DNA of 64,000 nucleotides from NCBI GenBank assembly GCA_013239625.1, contig MU056050.1, positions 5,961,366 through 6,025,365 of the forward strand. Reading direction: 5' to 3'. Made by a program: the position numbers and the translations under genes. Each line of letters begins with the position of its first letter. Positions within the stretch are counted from its first letter, which is position 1. The stretch is from Lama guanicoe. Lineage: Eukaryota. This document shows, one piece after another, positions 12,865 to 24,420 of the stretch. The notes beneath the pieces are model-generated. The model saw only the letters and a list, made by a program, of their open reading frames with translations, had not been told where the DNA came from and made no database searches.

Positions 12865-13465
12865 GTGCCCTTGAGTCAGAATTAGAATCCCTTCTCTGCA
12901 ACATCTTAGCTGTGTAACTTGAGGGAAGTCACTTAATTTCTTTGAGCCTCTGTTTCCTCATCTGGAAAATGGGGTAATAACATTATCTAATGCACAGGCT
13001 TGCTGCTATTGACTGAATTATGTCCCCTGAAAATTGCTGTGCTGAAGCCGTAAACCCCAATGTGACCGTATGTGGAGATGGGGTCTTTAGGATGTAAAGG
13101 TTAAATGAGGTCATAAAGGTGGGGGCCCTAATCTGATAGGAGTGTGACCTTAGAAGAGGAAAAGAGGAAGTCTCCCTCTCTCCTCCCTACCCCACTTCCA
13201 CGGCACACGCTAAGGAAAGGCCACGTGGTCACCTAGTGGGAAGGGAGCTGTCCGCCAGCCAAGACAGCCCTTACCGGGAACTGAATTGGCTGTCACTTTG
13301 ATCTTGGACTCCCCCAGCCCCCAGAACTGCAAACAAATCAAATGCTGTGGTTTAAGCCACCCACTTACGGCTGCCCGAGCTGACGAATCCAGCTGCCGTG
13401 AGGATTACATGAGGGAGTATGTGTAAAGGGCCTGGCCCAAAGGCAGCACTCAAAAGGTGGAGTGA
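12865..13465 (+). mobile_element. MIR split by an MLT1A LTR
   Basis: MIR core to 13003 resumes at 13392 (GCTGCCGTGAGGATTACATGAG...GCACTCAA). Confidence 0.8.
13004..13391 (+). mobile_element. MLT1A-type solo LTR
   Basis: TGCTATTGACTGAATT...GGTTAAATGAGGTCATA...GATCTTGGACT...CAGAACTG...CCGAGCTGAC..CA. Confidence 0.85.
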
Positions 13466-14619
13466 TTTTTAGTTCTGAGCTCTGCCCTGGCCAGATAATT
13501 AAAGGCACATGGCATGGAGGACCCGCCACAGCAGTTGGCCTGGCACAGCCAGTACTTGCCTCTTAATCTGGACTCATTACATGCCCCTGTCGCCTTGACT
13601 CCTCTGAGCTCCCTGAGGGCAGAGAATGCGTTTCAGTCCTCTCTGTAGTCCCACTGCCCAGAATATCGTGGATGCCAGGGGTAAACGCCGGGTTAATGGA
13701 TGGACACACACCGTACCTATTAGTGGGCATTTGGAAGCCTCCTGGCTACAGAGACCTCCATCCTCATGCTCACAAGCCTGAGGATGATTTGATCTTATCC
13801 GCAGTTCTGAGGCTGACAGCAAGCTTGCCGCCCCCAGCCACAGAGAACCCCGAGCAGGAAAAAACCGTCCAGCTGTAATTCCCAGGCTCCTTTCAGCAAC
13901 TGAGTTCACGAGTTTCCTGCACATGATGACCCCACATTTACAAGTGTTCTCCCTCATTGGGAGGCATAACACACCCTTCCCCAAAACATTTCCAAAAGAG
14001 GCAACTCCAAAGGATGGAAAAGGGCTATGTTTGTTCAACGCCAACTTTGCTAGGCAGCTCTTGTCAGATTTATCATCTTAATCCAGTATTTTGAGTGAAA
14101 TAACTGCAGCTGGTTTTTTGCCGAACTGTCTCAGAGCTGATGGGCGGCATATTAGGGATAATTGTACTAAATGATTTTCACAATCTTTTGCAAGAACACA
14201 AGTCCACTGGGACACAGATTATTATTGAGGCCCGTGTGTGTAGTTACATTCTTCTTCTGGATGGGAAGAGATGTTAAGTTTGGAACAGTGGGTAATGAAG
14301 TTTGGGCCAACTGGGCTTCATAATATAATGCAAATCCTGTAATAGAACGTGGTGCTATAAAGCAGACACTGAATAGCACTTCAGAAAGATTTGCCCAGAA
14401 CACAAGAGGCAGAAAGGAAGGAAAGAGAGAAAGAGGGAGGACATTAGAATGGTAACAGCAGTGTTATGAGAAAAGCCACCCTATGCCTAGAAGAGAGGAT
14501 ACGTGACCTGGACATGAATGTTTTTCTCCAACAGTAAGAAGTGGCTTTTCCCAAATTCTTCTGTTTCCCACGGGATCTCTGACAAATCTGGGAGCAGAGT
14601 AATGGTAATATAAATAACA

Positions 14620-14810
14620 ATAGCCACAGCTAGCATTCGTCAAACGCTTACTGTAGGCCAAGCACAACACAAAAGCTAGCTCACTTCATCCTCACAATAT
14701 CCTTGTGAGACATGTATTATTGTCCCGAGTTACAAACAGGGAAACTGAGGCTCAGAGGAGTTACATGAAGGGTCCAAGGCCAAGAGCAGAGCCCTGACTT
14801 GAACCCACCT
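14620..14810 (-). mobile_element. MIR
   Basis: ATCCTCACAATATCCTTGTGAG...GGAAACTGAGGCTCAGAGGAGTTA...TTGAACCC. Confidence 0.85.
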
Positions 14811-15728
14811 TTCACAGATGAAGCATCAGTTAATTAACCTGCCTCTCAGCTCATCTACCGGATCAGGCTGAGGCCAGGATCCTTTTTGCCTTTCTCCCAT
14901 CCTACAAGTGATTTTATTAACTCTGATCCTGTCCTTCCTGTCTTTGCTTTTAAAAAGAGGCAGCTTCTTCCGTCTGAAATCTGTTTTCCTGAGGCTGGGC
15001 CCCTCCCTTCGACCATTTCCATTAAGTGTGTGGCTGCCTGGGTGTGGATTGGTGGGTGTTGCGTGTGAGTGAAAGGAAGCAGGGAGGGAGGGAAGATGGG
15101 GGTAAAACCAGGCCGTTCAGAGGCAGCCTTGGATGCAGAGATCTGTGGCTAGATGCCGCATGGCATTTCTCTTCCTGTTAGACAACCTTCACCCGACAGA
15201 CCCCAAAAGCCCCCAGGGCCTGCCGTTCAGGAAAAGCGGAGGCTGAAATGGCCTGGAAGCACCCGATGCCTGCTCCACCGGATGCGAGATTGGGATTCAG
15301 GGCGAATCTCAGGTTTCTTGGTGCCTTCCCAGGGAAGAGCCGCCCTTGAAGAGAGCTCGTTCCACTGTAGGGCACTGGCTCCTCCTGCCGGCCCGTCCTA
15401 GGAATGACCTCTGTTTGTAGCTCTGCCAGTCTGTCCTTTCCCTTGGAGATGAAAGATCCACCCCAGGCAGTCACCCTCCCCTCTCCCACTTAGGACCCCC
15501 TCCAAGCTGGAGGGGAAGAAGAAAGCATCACAGAGGAAAGGACCTTCCCCCGCCTTCCGCTCCTGGCCAATTACTCTGAGCCTAAGCAGCAACCCTGGTG
15601 GAGGGAGGTTTGATGAACTATTCATCACAGTCCTAAATAATTCATTTCCCTTTGAGAGCCAGCAGCCCACAGGAGCTGTAAGGTTTTCTTAAGTTGACAC
15701 CTTTTGAGAGATGAAAAATAAAGCAAAA

Positions 15729-15840
15729 GCCCCCTTTTAGGGAAACCACAGTTGCTTTATATGCCGTTTCCTGCCTCCCCCCACCCCCTCCAGTGTTACC
15801 GGGCTCCTAGGCTCTGCCCCGCTCCTCCTGATTGGTCTCC
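15729..15840 (-). promoter_or_regulatory. Candidate Pol II promoter: CCAAT, GC box, CACCC box, ETS, TATA
   Basis: On minus: GACCAATCAG (15837-15828), GGAGCGGGGC (15825-15816), GGGGTGGGGGG (15787-15777), CAGGAAA (15773-15767), TATAAAG (15761-15755), TGTGGTT (RUNX, 15750-15744), all in repeat-free sequence. Confidence 0.45.
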
Positions 15841-16699
15841 TATTGTTCGCTTTGCTTTTTTGTTATTCAAGCAACTCTACTTTGTGGGATCCCCTATGCA
15901 GGCCCTGCTAGCATTATCTTTCTCCCCCAGCCCCATGGGCTTCCAGTGTCTAACAACCCAACTGCCTTTAAACTGAGGCTACAGGAGCAAGAGGAGGGCA
16001 CAAGATCGGGGTGGGGGAGGGGGACTGGTTGTGTCAAATGAGACGTGTCCAGCGCACTGCAGGGCGTTCAGGCGCTCTCCTCTGTGCTTACTTGGGCTGC
16101 CCTGACACAGCTCCACTGCTTGTCATTTTGCAAGCATTTTCTCTCTCCATCCTGGATTTTGAGCAAGACCTCCACAGGGCTCTCCTCTGGGCCAGCCAGG
16201 GCCAAACACATGGGATGAGGCTTCTCTGCCTCAATCCCAAGCCATGCACGGACCGCAGAGACCTGTTTCACATACAGGAAGCAGGCCACAGGGGACAGTA
16301 CGGATGGAAGAAGGTGGGCTGAGGCTAACTGTCTTCTCTGGTATTGACCCAGCCTCCTCCCGCTGGCCTTGGTCTTCCAGCTCTGGGGCTCTGCTGGTGC
16401 CCGGACTACAATGGCATTCCACTTGTCCCCATCTGGCACACTCCAGAGGGGACTGAGCAGAGCAGGTCCATGCCGGAGCCCCCAGCCCCCCGCCCCCCGC
16501 TGACATGCCTGGTATCTTTTTTTCTTCTCTCTGCATCTTAGAGAAAACCTAAGAGATTTGGAGCCAGAGTAAAGAAAAGAATTTAGGATGAAGAATACAA
16601 AGGACACGTGGCCCCAAACAGTTTAGCCTTCAAATTTACCCCACTTCAGGCAAAATAACACCCAAGAAAACTAACACAATGAGAAACTGTGCTTACTTA

Positions 16700-17313
16700 A
16701 CAAGTAAAGCAAAGGAAACCATTGACAAAAAGAAAAGACAACTGGATGGGAGAAAATATTTGCAAATATTATGACTGATAAAAGTTTAATATCCAAAACA
16801 TATAAACAGCTCATACAACTCAGTATCAAAATAAAAAGCCTGATTAAAAAACTGGGCACAAGACCTCAATAGATATTTTTCCAAAGAAGCCATAAAGACG
16901 GCCAATAGGCACATGAAAAGATGCTCAACATTGCTAACCATTCAGGGAAATGCAAATTAAAAGCCTCACACCTGCCAGAATGGCTAGCATCAAAGACTAC
17001 AGATAACAAATGTTGGTGAGGATGTGGAGAAAAGGGAACCATCCTACACTGTTGGTGGGAATGTAAATGGGTGCAGCCACTGTGGAAAACGGTAAGGAGA
17101 TTTCTCAAAAAACTAAAAACAGAACTACCATATGATCCAGTAATTCCACTCCTGGGTGTATATCCAAAGAAAATGAAAACAGTAATTTCAACGATTCTTG
17201 GACCCCAATGTTTACAGCAGCATTATTTACAATTGCCAAGATATGGAAGCAACCTAGGTGTCCATCAACAGATGAATGTATGAAGATGTGGCGCATGCGC
17301 GCACACGCGCGCG

Positions 17314-17375
<62 letters not shown>

Positions 17376-17518
17376 GGAATACTACTCAGCAATAAAAAAT
17401 ACTATTCCCCTTGGCAACAACATGGATGGATCTGGAGGGTATTATGTTTAGGTAAAATAGGTCAGAGAAAGAAATACTGTACATTATCACTTATCTGTGG
17501 AATCTAAAAAAATAAAAA
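16700..17518 (+). mobile_element. L1 fragment (ORF2 C-terminus and start of 3'UTR)
   Basis: ORF 17071..17283 [31 protein letters not shown] and 17208.. [23 protein letters not shown] are L1 ORF2. Confidence 0.93.
17291..17373. repeat. Compound (CG)n/(CA)n microsatellite, uninterrupted purine-pyrimidine alternation
   Basis: GCGCATGCGCGCACA(CG)8(CA)n read directly. Confidence 0.95.
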
Positions 17519-17544
17519 TGAGTATTCGATAAAGAAAAATATTG

Positions 17545-17730
17545 TGACATAAAAATTATACAAAATTCAAATTTCAGGTTCATAAATAAGATGTTATTGG
17601 AACACAGCTACACTAAGGCATTTATATGGCTGCTTTCCTACTTTAGTGGCAAAGGTGGATAGATTGTATAGCCCAGAAAGCCTAACATATTTACTATCTG
17701 GACCTTAACAGAAAAGTTTGCCACACTCTG
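17545..17730 (+). mobile_element. MER58B-like hAT-Charlie DNA transposon, 3' half
   Basis: AAATTCAAATTTCAG...TTATTGGAACACAGC...ATATTTACTATCTGG...GAAAAGTTTGCC..CTG. Confidence 0.8.
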
Positions 17731-17869
17731 TCTAGATCTGTTTCTCACTGTCACAGTCATCACCGGGATCATGGGATTTGGAGTTCCAGATCCTGCCCTA
17801 AATGTTCTGAATATGTAATGGAGCCTAATATCCATGTTTTCAAAATCCCCTTAAGAACACCAACTCCAT

Positions 17870-19200
17870 CCAGGTCCAGGATTTAAACATCGCAAATTCT
17901 AATGACACCCAAGTCTTCATCTCTAGCCCAGAATTCCCTCTTAAGTTCTAGACTCATCCTAGAGCCTACTTCACATTTCCACATAGACAACTAATTGACA
18001 CCTTTGATCTAGCATACCTAAAACTGGACTTTCCATTTTCCACCTCACGTGTTCTGCCAATCTTCTCCACCTCTAATCTTCCCTACTTCAGTTTATGGCA
18101 CTAACAGTTACTTAGGCAAAAAACCTAGGAATCTTTGTTGATTACACTTTCCTTGATCTTCCATGTTCCATCAGTCAGAAATCCTGTTGGCCTTGCCTCC
18201 AACAAATAAGGAATCCAATCACTTAGAGCCATGTTCACTACCACCACTCTAGTCTAAGCCATTGTCATGGCTCACTGGGACTACTGAAATTGCCCTCTAA
18301 ATATGCTGTCTGCTTCCACTTGTTCAAGTTTTATATTCAATAAGGTAACTTATGATTCAAAGAAATACATGTCAAAGATTTGGGCCAATGCATTAATTAA
18401 TGCAGGAACCAGTAAGATCTTAAATCTGCTCCAAAGACCATTTGAGAAGCTAAATATTTGTAGTAACGTTAGGATATTATTTATGAGTTAGATACAAAAC
18501 TAGTTAATATCCAACAAAGCCATAACTAGGTTATTTTTTTTTACGATGGGAATGGCAAAAAAAGAGTTATTTGCCTCTCTACTGGGCAACAATCTACACG
18601 TTCATCTCTGCTTGGACACATCCTTGTCCTTCTCTGTATAGATTATTATTCCACACAACAGCCCAAATGATCATCGTAAAACATCAATAGGGTCATAAAA
18701 CTAAAACACAAAATCCTTACTAGAGCCTACAGAGTCTGTGTGACTAGACTCCTGCCTAGCTCTCTGACCTCCTATCCTACCACTTTCTCACTCATGCACT
18801 AGGTCTTGGCTTCACTGGCTACACTTTCAATTCCTGGAACACATTAGGCTCATTCCTACCTCAGAGCCTTTGCAATTAGGCCACTCTTCCACGTACCTGA
18901 AACCACCTTTGCCCAGATCTTCCTTTGTCTCCTTCTCATCATGCAGAACTCAGCTTGACTATCACATCAGAAGACCCAAATTACCTACCTCTTCATTCTG
19001 TTAGTCCTTCAATCACCCTATTTCCTTCACAATAACTATTCCTTTTAGTTTGTTTGCCTATATATTTGATTATGTCTCTCTCCACCGTTAAAATGTAAAT
19101 GGCATGAAAGCATGGGACTCTGTCCTGGTCCCAGATATGTTTCCAACAAATAGCATAGTACTTGACACATTTTAGGTGCTCAATAAATATTTGTTCAATT
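17870..19200 (+). mobile_element. L2a-type LINE 3' portion, interrupted at 18321-18618
   Basis: ATCTCTAGCCCAGA..., CCTACCTCAGAGCCTTTGCA..., terminal TAGGTGCTCAATAAATATTTGTT. Confidence 0.85.
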
Positions 19201-19799
19201 AACTGATCTAGAATGCATTCTGAGTTCTAGCCCTGTCTCTGTCTGGCAACTCTGGATTTAGGCACATCCTTCCTCTCCCTTGAACCTCAGTTTTACCATC
19301 TAGAAGACAGTAGCATGGAAGGAAAGCATCCGTGAGGTACCTACCAGCTTTCTGATGCAATCAACGATCAATCAAACTGATAGACTGCAGCCACTTTTCA
19401 AAAGCAGCAGAGACTAGAGCAGCAGGCATCTCACCATCACCTACTACACAGTAAGCATTTCTTCAGGCCCACTCTGCCGGGCTCTATGCTGAATGTTGAA
19501 AATACTAAATGGATAAAAAATCCATCCTTCATAGGGATGGTAATCAAATTTAATTAGGAAAACATTTCATATACAGGCAAAGCTAACAATACAAAGTACT
19601 TTACTAATTGCCAGATGAGTTACAATCCTAATCATTTCAATAGCTAAAATTTGAGAGCTTACTATGTACCAGACATTATTCTAAAAAAATTTTATATATT
19701 AAGTTATATAAGCCTCACAGCAAACCTGTAAAAAGAGGACCATTTTCAAAAGCCCTAGGAAATAGGTACTAGCTTTACTATGGCTATCCATAGATAGCA

Positions 19800-20960
19800 A
19801 GTATTACTTGAATGTAGAAGATCTCACTGAAGACTGAGTACAGGCAGTCTCGGGAAGGTGGCGGGAGTGGGGCAGACAGGAGCTGGGCCTCAGGTGAAGA
19901 ATGGGGCTTAGACAACTGCAGTGGAAGAAAGAGGCCATTCCAGGAAGGATCAACTTGAGGCAACACCTTAAAGGGGAAAAGCACTGAACAGTTTCAGGAC
20001 ACAAGGAGCAGAGTGATTTCACTGGAGTAGAATTGTCTGGTCAAACTACTGACAGACAAGTTTTGAGAGAAAAGTGGCAACTGAATCGTGGATGACTTTG
20101 AATGGCATTCTAAGGAAAGTGGCCCTGTTCCTGGAGATATTGAGGAGTCATTGGCATTTCTGAGAGTAGTTTTACGTTCAAAGTAACCATCTAAGAAGAT
20201 TAACATGGCAACTAAGAGGCTATCACTTGACTAGATAAAGACATTATGGTATGTATACACAATGAAATACTTACTCAGCCACAAAAAATAATGCCATTTT
20301 CAGCAACATAGATGGACCTGGAGATCATCATTCTGAGTGAAGTAAGCCAGAAAGAGAAAGAAAAATACTATATATCACTTACATGTGGAATCTTTAAAAA
20401 AAAAAGACACAAGTGAACTTATTTACAAAACAGAAACAGACTCACAAACTTATGGTTACCGAGGGGAAAGGGGATGGGAAGGAATAAATTAGGAATTGGA
20501 GATTTGCAGGTACAAACTCCTATACATAAAATAAACAAAAGTCCTACTGTATAGCACAGGGAACTATATTCAGTATCTTGTAGTAACCTATAATGAAAAA
20601 GAGTATGAAAAGGAATATATGTATGTTTATGTATGACTGAAGCATTATGCTGTACACCAGAAATTGATACAACATTGTAAGCCGACTATACTTCAATAAA
20701 AATAAAGAAAAAAGAACTATCAAAAAAAGGCTATCACTAAAATCCAGGTGCGAAGTGACAAAGGTTTGTATTAAGGTGGTGTTAACAGGAGAGAAATTGG
20801 GGCTGTAAAAGAAATTAGAGGAAAAATTAACTCTAATTGGCGACTGGCTTGACGTTAGAGGACAAGATGGATATAACAAAGATGACCCCAGTTTTCCAGC
20901 TGGGGTATTTTTGACAGAAATGAGAAAGTCTTGAGGAGTGGGAGGTAAAAATCAAAAGTC
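19800..20960 (-). mobile_element. L2 fragment, interrupted by L1
   Basis: GCCATTCCAGGAAGG..., GACTTTGAATGGCATTCTAAGGA..., AAAGATGACCCCAGTTTTCCAGCTGGG are antisense L2 motifs. Confidence 0.65.
20228..20724 (+). mobile_element. 5'-truncated young L1 3'UTR
   Basis: GATGGACCTGGAGATCATCATTCTGAGTGAAGTAAGCCAG...ACAACATTGTAAGCCGACTATACTTCAATAAAA; TSD AAGAGGCTATCACT (20214-20227) / AAAAGGCTATCACT (20725-20738). Confidence 0.92.
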
Positions 20961-21515
20961 ATAGCCAAACTTTAGGCACATTTGTAAATGACTGATCACT
21001 GAGAAGACACGTCATGTAAATAAATAAAGTTACTTGGCTTAAATTCACAGAATTAAGAAAATAGTGACTGCATTATCAGGTGCTCATGAGACATTAAATA
21101 ACTTTGTTGTAACCACTTAGAAAGGCATGAAGCCCCACTTGGTGTAGGTTTCATATTTTCTGCTTAGCTGACAACTGTAAGAAGCTATCTGAACCTAAGT
21201 AGAGCACATGGTAGATGAGGATGTTCTATTCATATATGGCAAGATGGACAATTTCCACTCACCCCTCTAGATCTACTCCCCAGGCTTCACCCTGCTCTCT
21301 GCCTTCAGAAGGTGACTTATATGGACCTTACCAACTGGCCCCTTCCCTCTAGCTTCAGGACGGACTTGGCCAATGCAACCTCCACTGGAGATCAGGAGGA
21401 GACAAAAAGTAAGGTCAGGGTATTTAATCCTCAGGCTTCCTCCCTGCAAAGTTTCTGTGGCCTGGCTGCGTCCCTTATCCAAAGATCATTGATCCTCTCA
21501 AGATAGTCTCGCTTA

Positions 21516-21640
21516 GGGGAGAGCATAGTTCAGTGGTAGAGTGTGTGCATGCATGAGGTCCTGGGTTCAATCCTCAGTACCTCCAGTAAAAATAAATAAA
21601 AAATCTAATTGCCTACCCCCTCCTGCCAAAAAAAAAAAAA
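21516..21640 (+). mobile_element. tRNA-Ala-derived SINE (camelid Vic-1-like) inserted in the LTR
   Basis: A box (TAGTTCAGTGG), B box (GGTTCAATCC), poly-A; TSD AAGATAGTCTC at 21500-21510 and 21641-21651. Confidence 0.9.
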
Positions 21641-22070
21641 AAGATAGTCTCCCATTACACAACTCTCCCCTTCCAAGGTCTGGTAACTGGTACCTCCCTT
21701 TATTCCATGAGTGGAGGACTGGTCGTGTCTTCACTGCTACCATCCTTGAAGTATGACACACTCTTGCAGTTTCTCCACCTACGCCTTTATAAATAATCTC
21801 TTCATAAGTAAATCTTCCATGAATGATGCTGATTTTCTACTTTATTTCCATTGGGATCTGATACAGTAATTATTCCTTCAGTGGCCCCAAGAAAGAGACT
21901 TTCAAAGTGAGATTTGAGATTCATGTGGTCACGCTGAGGAGTACTACAATAACCTCCTTGCTGAGGAAAAATAGGAATGGGTTATCTGTGGCATGCAGTG
22001 GCATCATAATCACTCAAATGACTACCCATCACAGCATGGAATGAAGTTCAGGTAGAAGACAATGTCTTGG

Positions 22071-22126
22071 TGACACAACATTGTAAAATGATTATAAATC
22101 AATAAAAAATGTTAAAAAAAAAAAAG
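22071..22126 (+). mobile_element. Ultra-short L1 3' tail insertion in ERVL gag
   Basis: TGACACAACATTGTAAAATGATTATAAATCAATAAA plus poly-A (compare L1 end at 20665-20700); TSD AATGTCTTGG at 22061-22070 and 22127-22136. Confidence 0.85.
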
Positions 22127-22915
22127 AATGTCTTGGGAGATCAAATGGCCATAGCAATTAGTCCACAAGGGCCTGGACACCTCCTTCATCAAGTCATTAA
22201 GACAAACATCGGTGAGAGGAGCGCCATCAATGAGGGAGAGTTCTGTGATGGCATCTTCTGTAGGTCATAGATGACAGTAAGGGATGTTATCATGGAACTA
22301 TGTGTCCTGTTCTCAATGGGAATATGGGATCCCAAAGTGCTAATGGCAGGATGGTGTCACTTAACAATCAGCGACATAGTAGGTGCAATTTACACACTAA
22401 GACTGAGAAACAAAATGGTAATCAGTGTTGACCTGCAGGGATCTATGGTGATAGTTAATTCACCATGGAGGTCTCAAAATGAAATATATTTTCAAGCCTA
22501 CCAATGTGCTGCTGGGCCCATATAAGCAGAACGAATCTTGGTCTACTAAGCAGAAACCTAACTCAGCTCACTGCAGTGACAATTCTTGGCCTCTTCTACA
22601 ATTCCCAAATGAAAGTCAGTTCACAGGAGTGAAGCCCTTGAGGCCGCAGGAGTAAACTGTAAATCTCTAAGCCTTCTCCAGCGGTACTTATGGCCATATA
22701 CTAGGGAGGGAAAACCACTCAGTTCTCTGGGGGATTATTAGATAGAAACTCTAAGCTTACACTGATTCCCAGAAACCAAAATGCCACCATGGTCTACCTG
22801 TCACAATGGGGACTTCTGGAAGTCAGGTAGTAGATAACCATTAGTCCAATGGGACAGAAGCTTCATCCTCTGGCTATTTTTCCAACCTCAGATTAGCTGA
22901 AATGGGAGTAGCACA

Positions 22916-23700
22916 TTGGAATTGGAAGATTCCCCTCTTTTGTTCCATGGCCTGTGCAACAAGGACTATTACAGTAGGATCAATTCCTGGAACTGCCTCT
23001 CCCCCAACAGAATAGTAAACCCAATGATACATCACATCCCTGGAGAGACTGCAAAGACTAGTGCCATGTTCAAAGAACTGAAAGGCACCAGGATGATGCT
23101 TTTCACCACATCCCCAATTAACTTGCCTGTGTGGCTGGTGCAAAAGCTCAGGTGGGTCTTGGTGAATGACAGCAAATATCATAAACTCCATCACATGGTG
23201 TTGCCAATCACAACTGTGGTTCCAGATATATCTTTATTACATAAAAATCAAAATATCCCTTGACACCTGGTACACAGCTATTGACCTGGAGAATGCTCTA
23301 GAATGCTTTCTTTTCCATCTTGACCAGTAAGGAAAATTACAAGCAGTCCGAACTGACATGTAGGAACAATAGTATATCTTCACTCTCACACCCTAGGATT
23401 GTGAATTCTCCTCCTGTCATAATATAGTCCAGGGGCCCCTGAACATCATGCTGCTCCATTACATGATAGTATATGGCTAATGACTTGATGAGAAGTAGCA
23501 AGAATCCTATATACCTCTGTGAGATAGAAGAAACATTTTTGCAGAAGTTCAGGGGCTTGCCATGTTGGGGATGTTCTGAGAAGGTTTAGTGATCTGGGAT
23601 ATGTATAGATATTCTTTCTAAAGTAAGAGACAAGTTGCTTATACTTCCTACCCTGAAGAAAGAGGCACAATGCTGGGCAGGCCTCCGTGGACTTCAGAAG
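22916..23700 (+). pseudogene. ERVL reverse transcriptase remnant (frameshifted, non-functional)
   Basis: IVNPMIHHIPGETAKTSAMFKELKG..TTSPINLPVWLVQK..KYHKLHHMVLPITTVVPD, then TWYTAIDLENA at about 23265-23297 and a frameshifted HY-I-DS in place of YIDD near 23457. Confidence 0.85.
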
Positions 23701-24204
23701 CAAATCCATTCTACATTTGCATGTGCCATTCCAGCACATTTTCCAGGTAACCAACCCATAAGACTACTGTCTGGCTTCTGATTAGATCTGGCCAATGGGG
23801 AGCCCAGAAAGGAAACTGAAAGGAGAGAGGGAGGTGAGGTGAGGTGAGGTTATTTATTTCCCTGGCTTCCTCCCTGTGGGGCTGCCTTGGTCTGACTGTG
23901 CCTCTAGACTAAGATAACTGGCCCCCCTTCTATCAGCCTCCTCCGTTTGAATCTCTCCTTCTGGGCGCCTGTAACTGCTCCCTCCTATCCCTTCAACTCA
24001 GACACAGTAACAGCTCCGTTTGACATTTCTATGCTACACTGTGTAGACCCTTTATACCTACAGCTCTGTAAACAGTCCATTCATGAACCATCCCTCTTCA
24101 AATTATCTTAATCTGAATGTACCATGTGCTTCCTATTAGCACATACTCACCAACACAATGGGAAGTGGGTTTGACATATGTGCTATATGGACTACATCAT
24201 CTAG

Positions 24205-24420
24205 GTGTCATACTTTAGAGCTTGGGTTCTAGAGTCAAACGAACCCATGTTTAAATCCCATGTCCACCATTTACTAACCTGTGTGACTCAGAAATTTCTT
24301 CAGCTCTGAGACTCAGTTCCATCTGCAAAATGGGAATAGTACTAGTATTCACCTCAGAGTTGTTGTGGGGAATAAATAAGACAACATAGGTAAAGGGCTT
24401 GGCACAGTGCCCAGCATGAC
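24205..24420 (+). mobile_element. MIR
   Basis: TCTAGAGTCAAAC...TTTAAATCCC...CATCTGCAAAATGGGAATAGT...GCACAGTGCC. Confidence 0.85.

Larger units (their letters stand above)
21233..24157 (+). mobile_element. Degenerate ERVL provirus: LTR33-like 5' LTR (21233-21865), gag/pro/pol remnants, partial 3' LTR (about 23760-24157)
   Basis: Both LTRs share TGGCCAATG...GAGGT/AAGGT...TATTTA..CC...GGCTTCCTCCCTG; protease remnant GLLDRNSKLTLIP near 22730; RT remnants as listed in the next feature. Confidence 0.85.

Noticed and set aside
16068..16607. 179-aa minus ORF (and 155-aa ORF at 13577..14044)
   Set aside because: Non-ATG starts, no homology I can recognise, no supporting splice structure.
21516..21590. 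tRNA-like sequences here, at 48045 and at 7222 as functional tRNA genes
   Set aside because: Degenerate stems; the copies at 21516 and 48045 have SINE tails and TSDs, and the 7222 copy is a decayed head.
22916..23263. ERVL RT ORF as a domesticated gene
   Set aside because: Non-ATG start, conserved residues eroded, downstream catalytic motif frameshifted, stops nearby.
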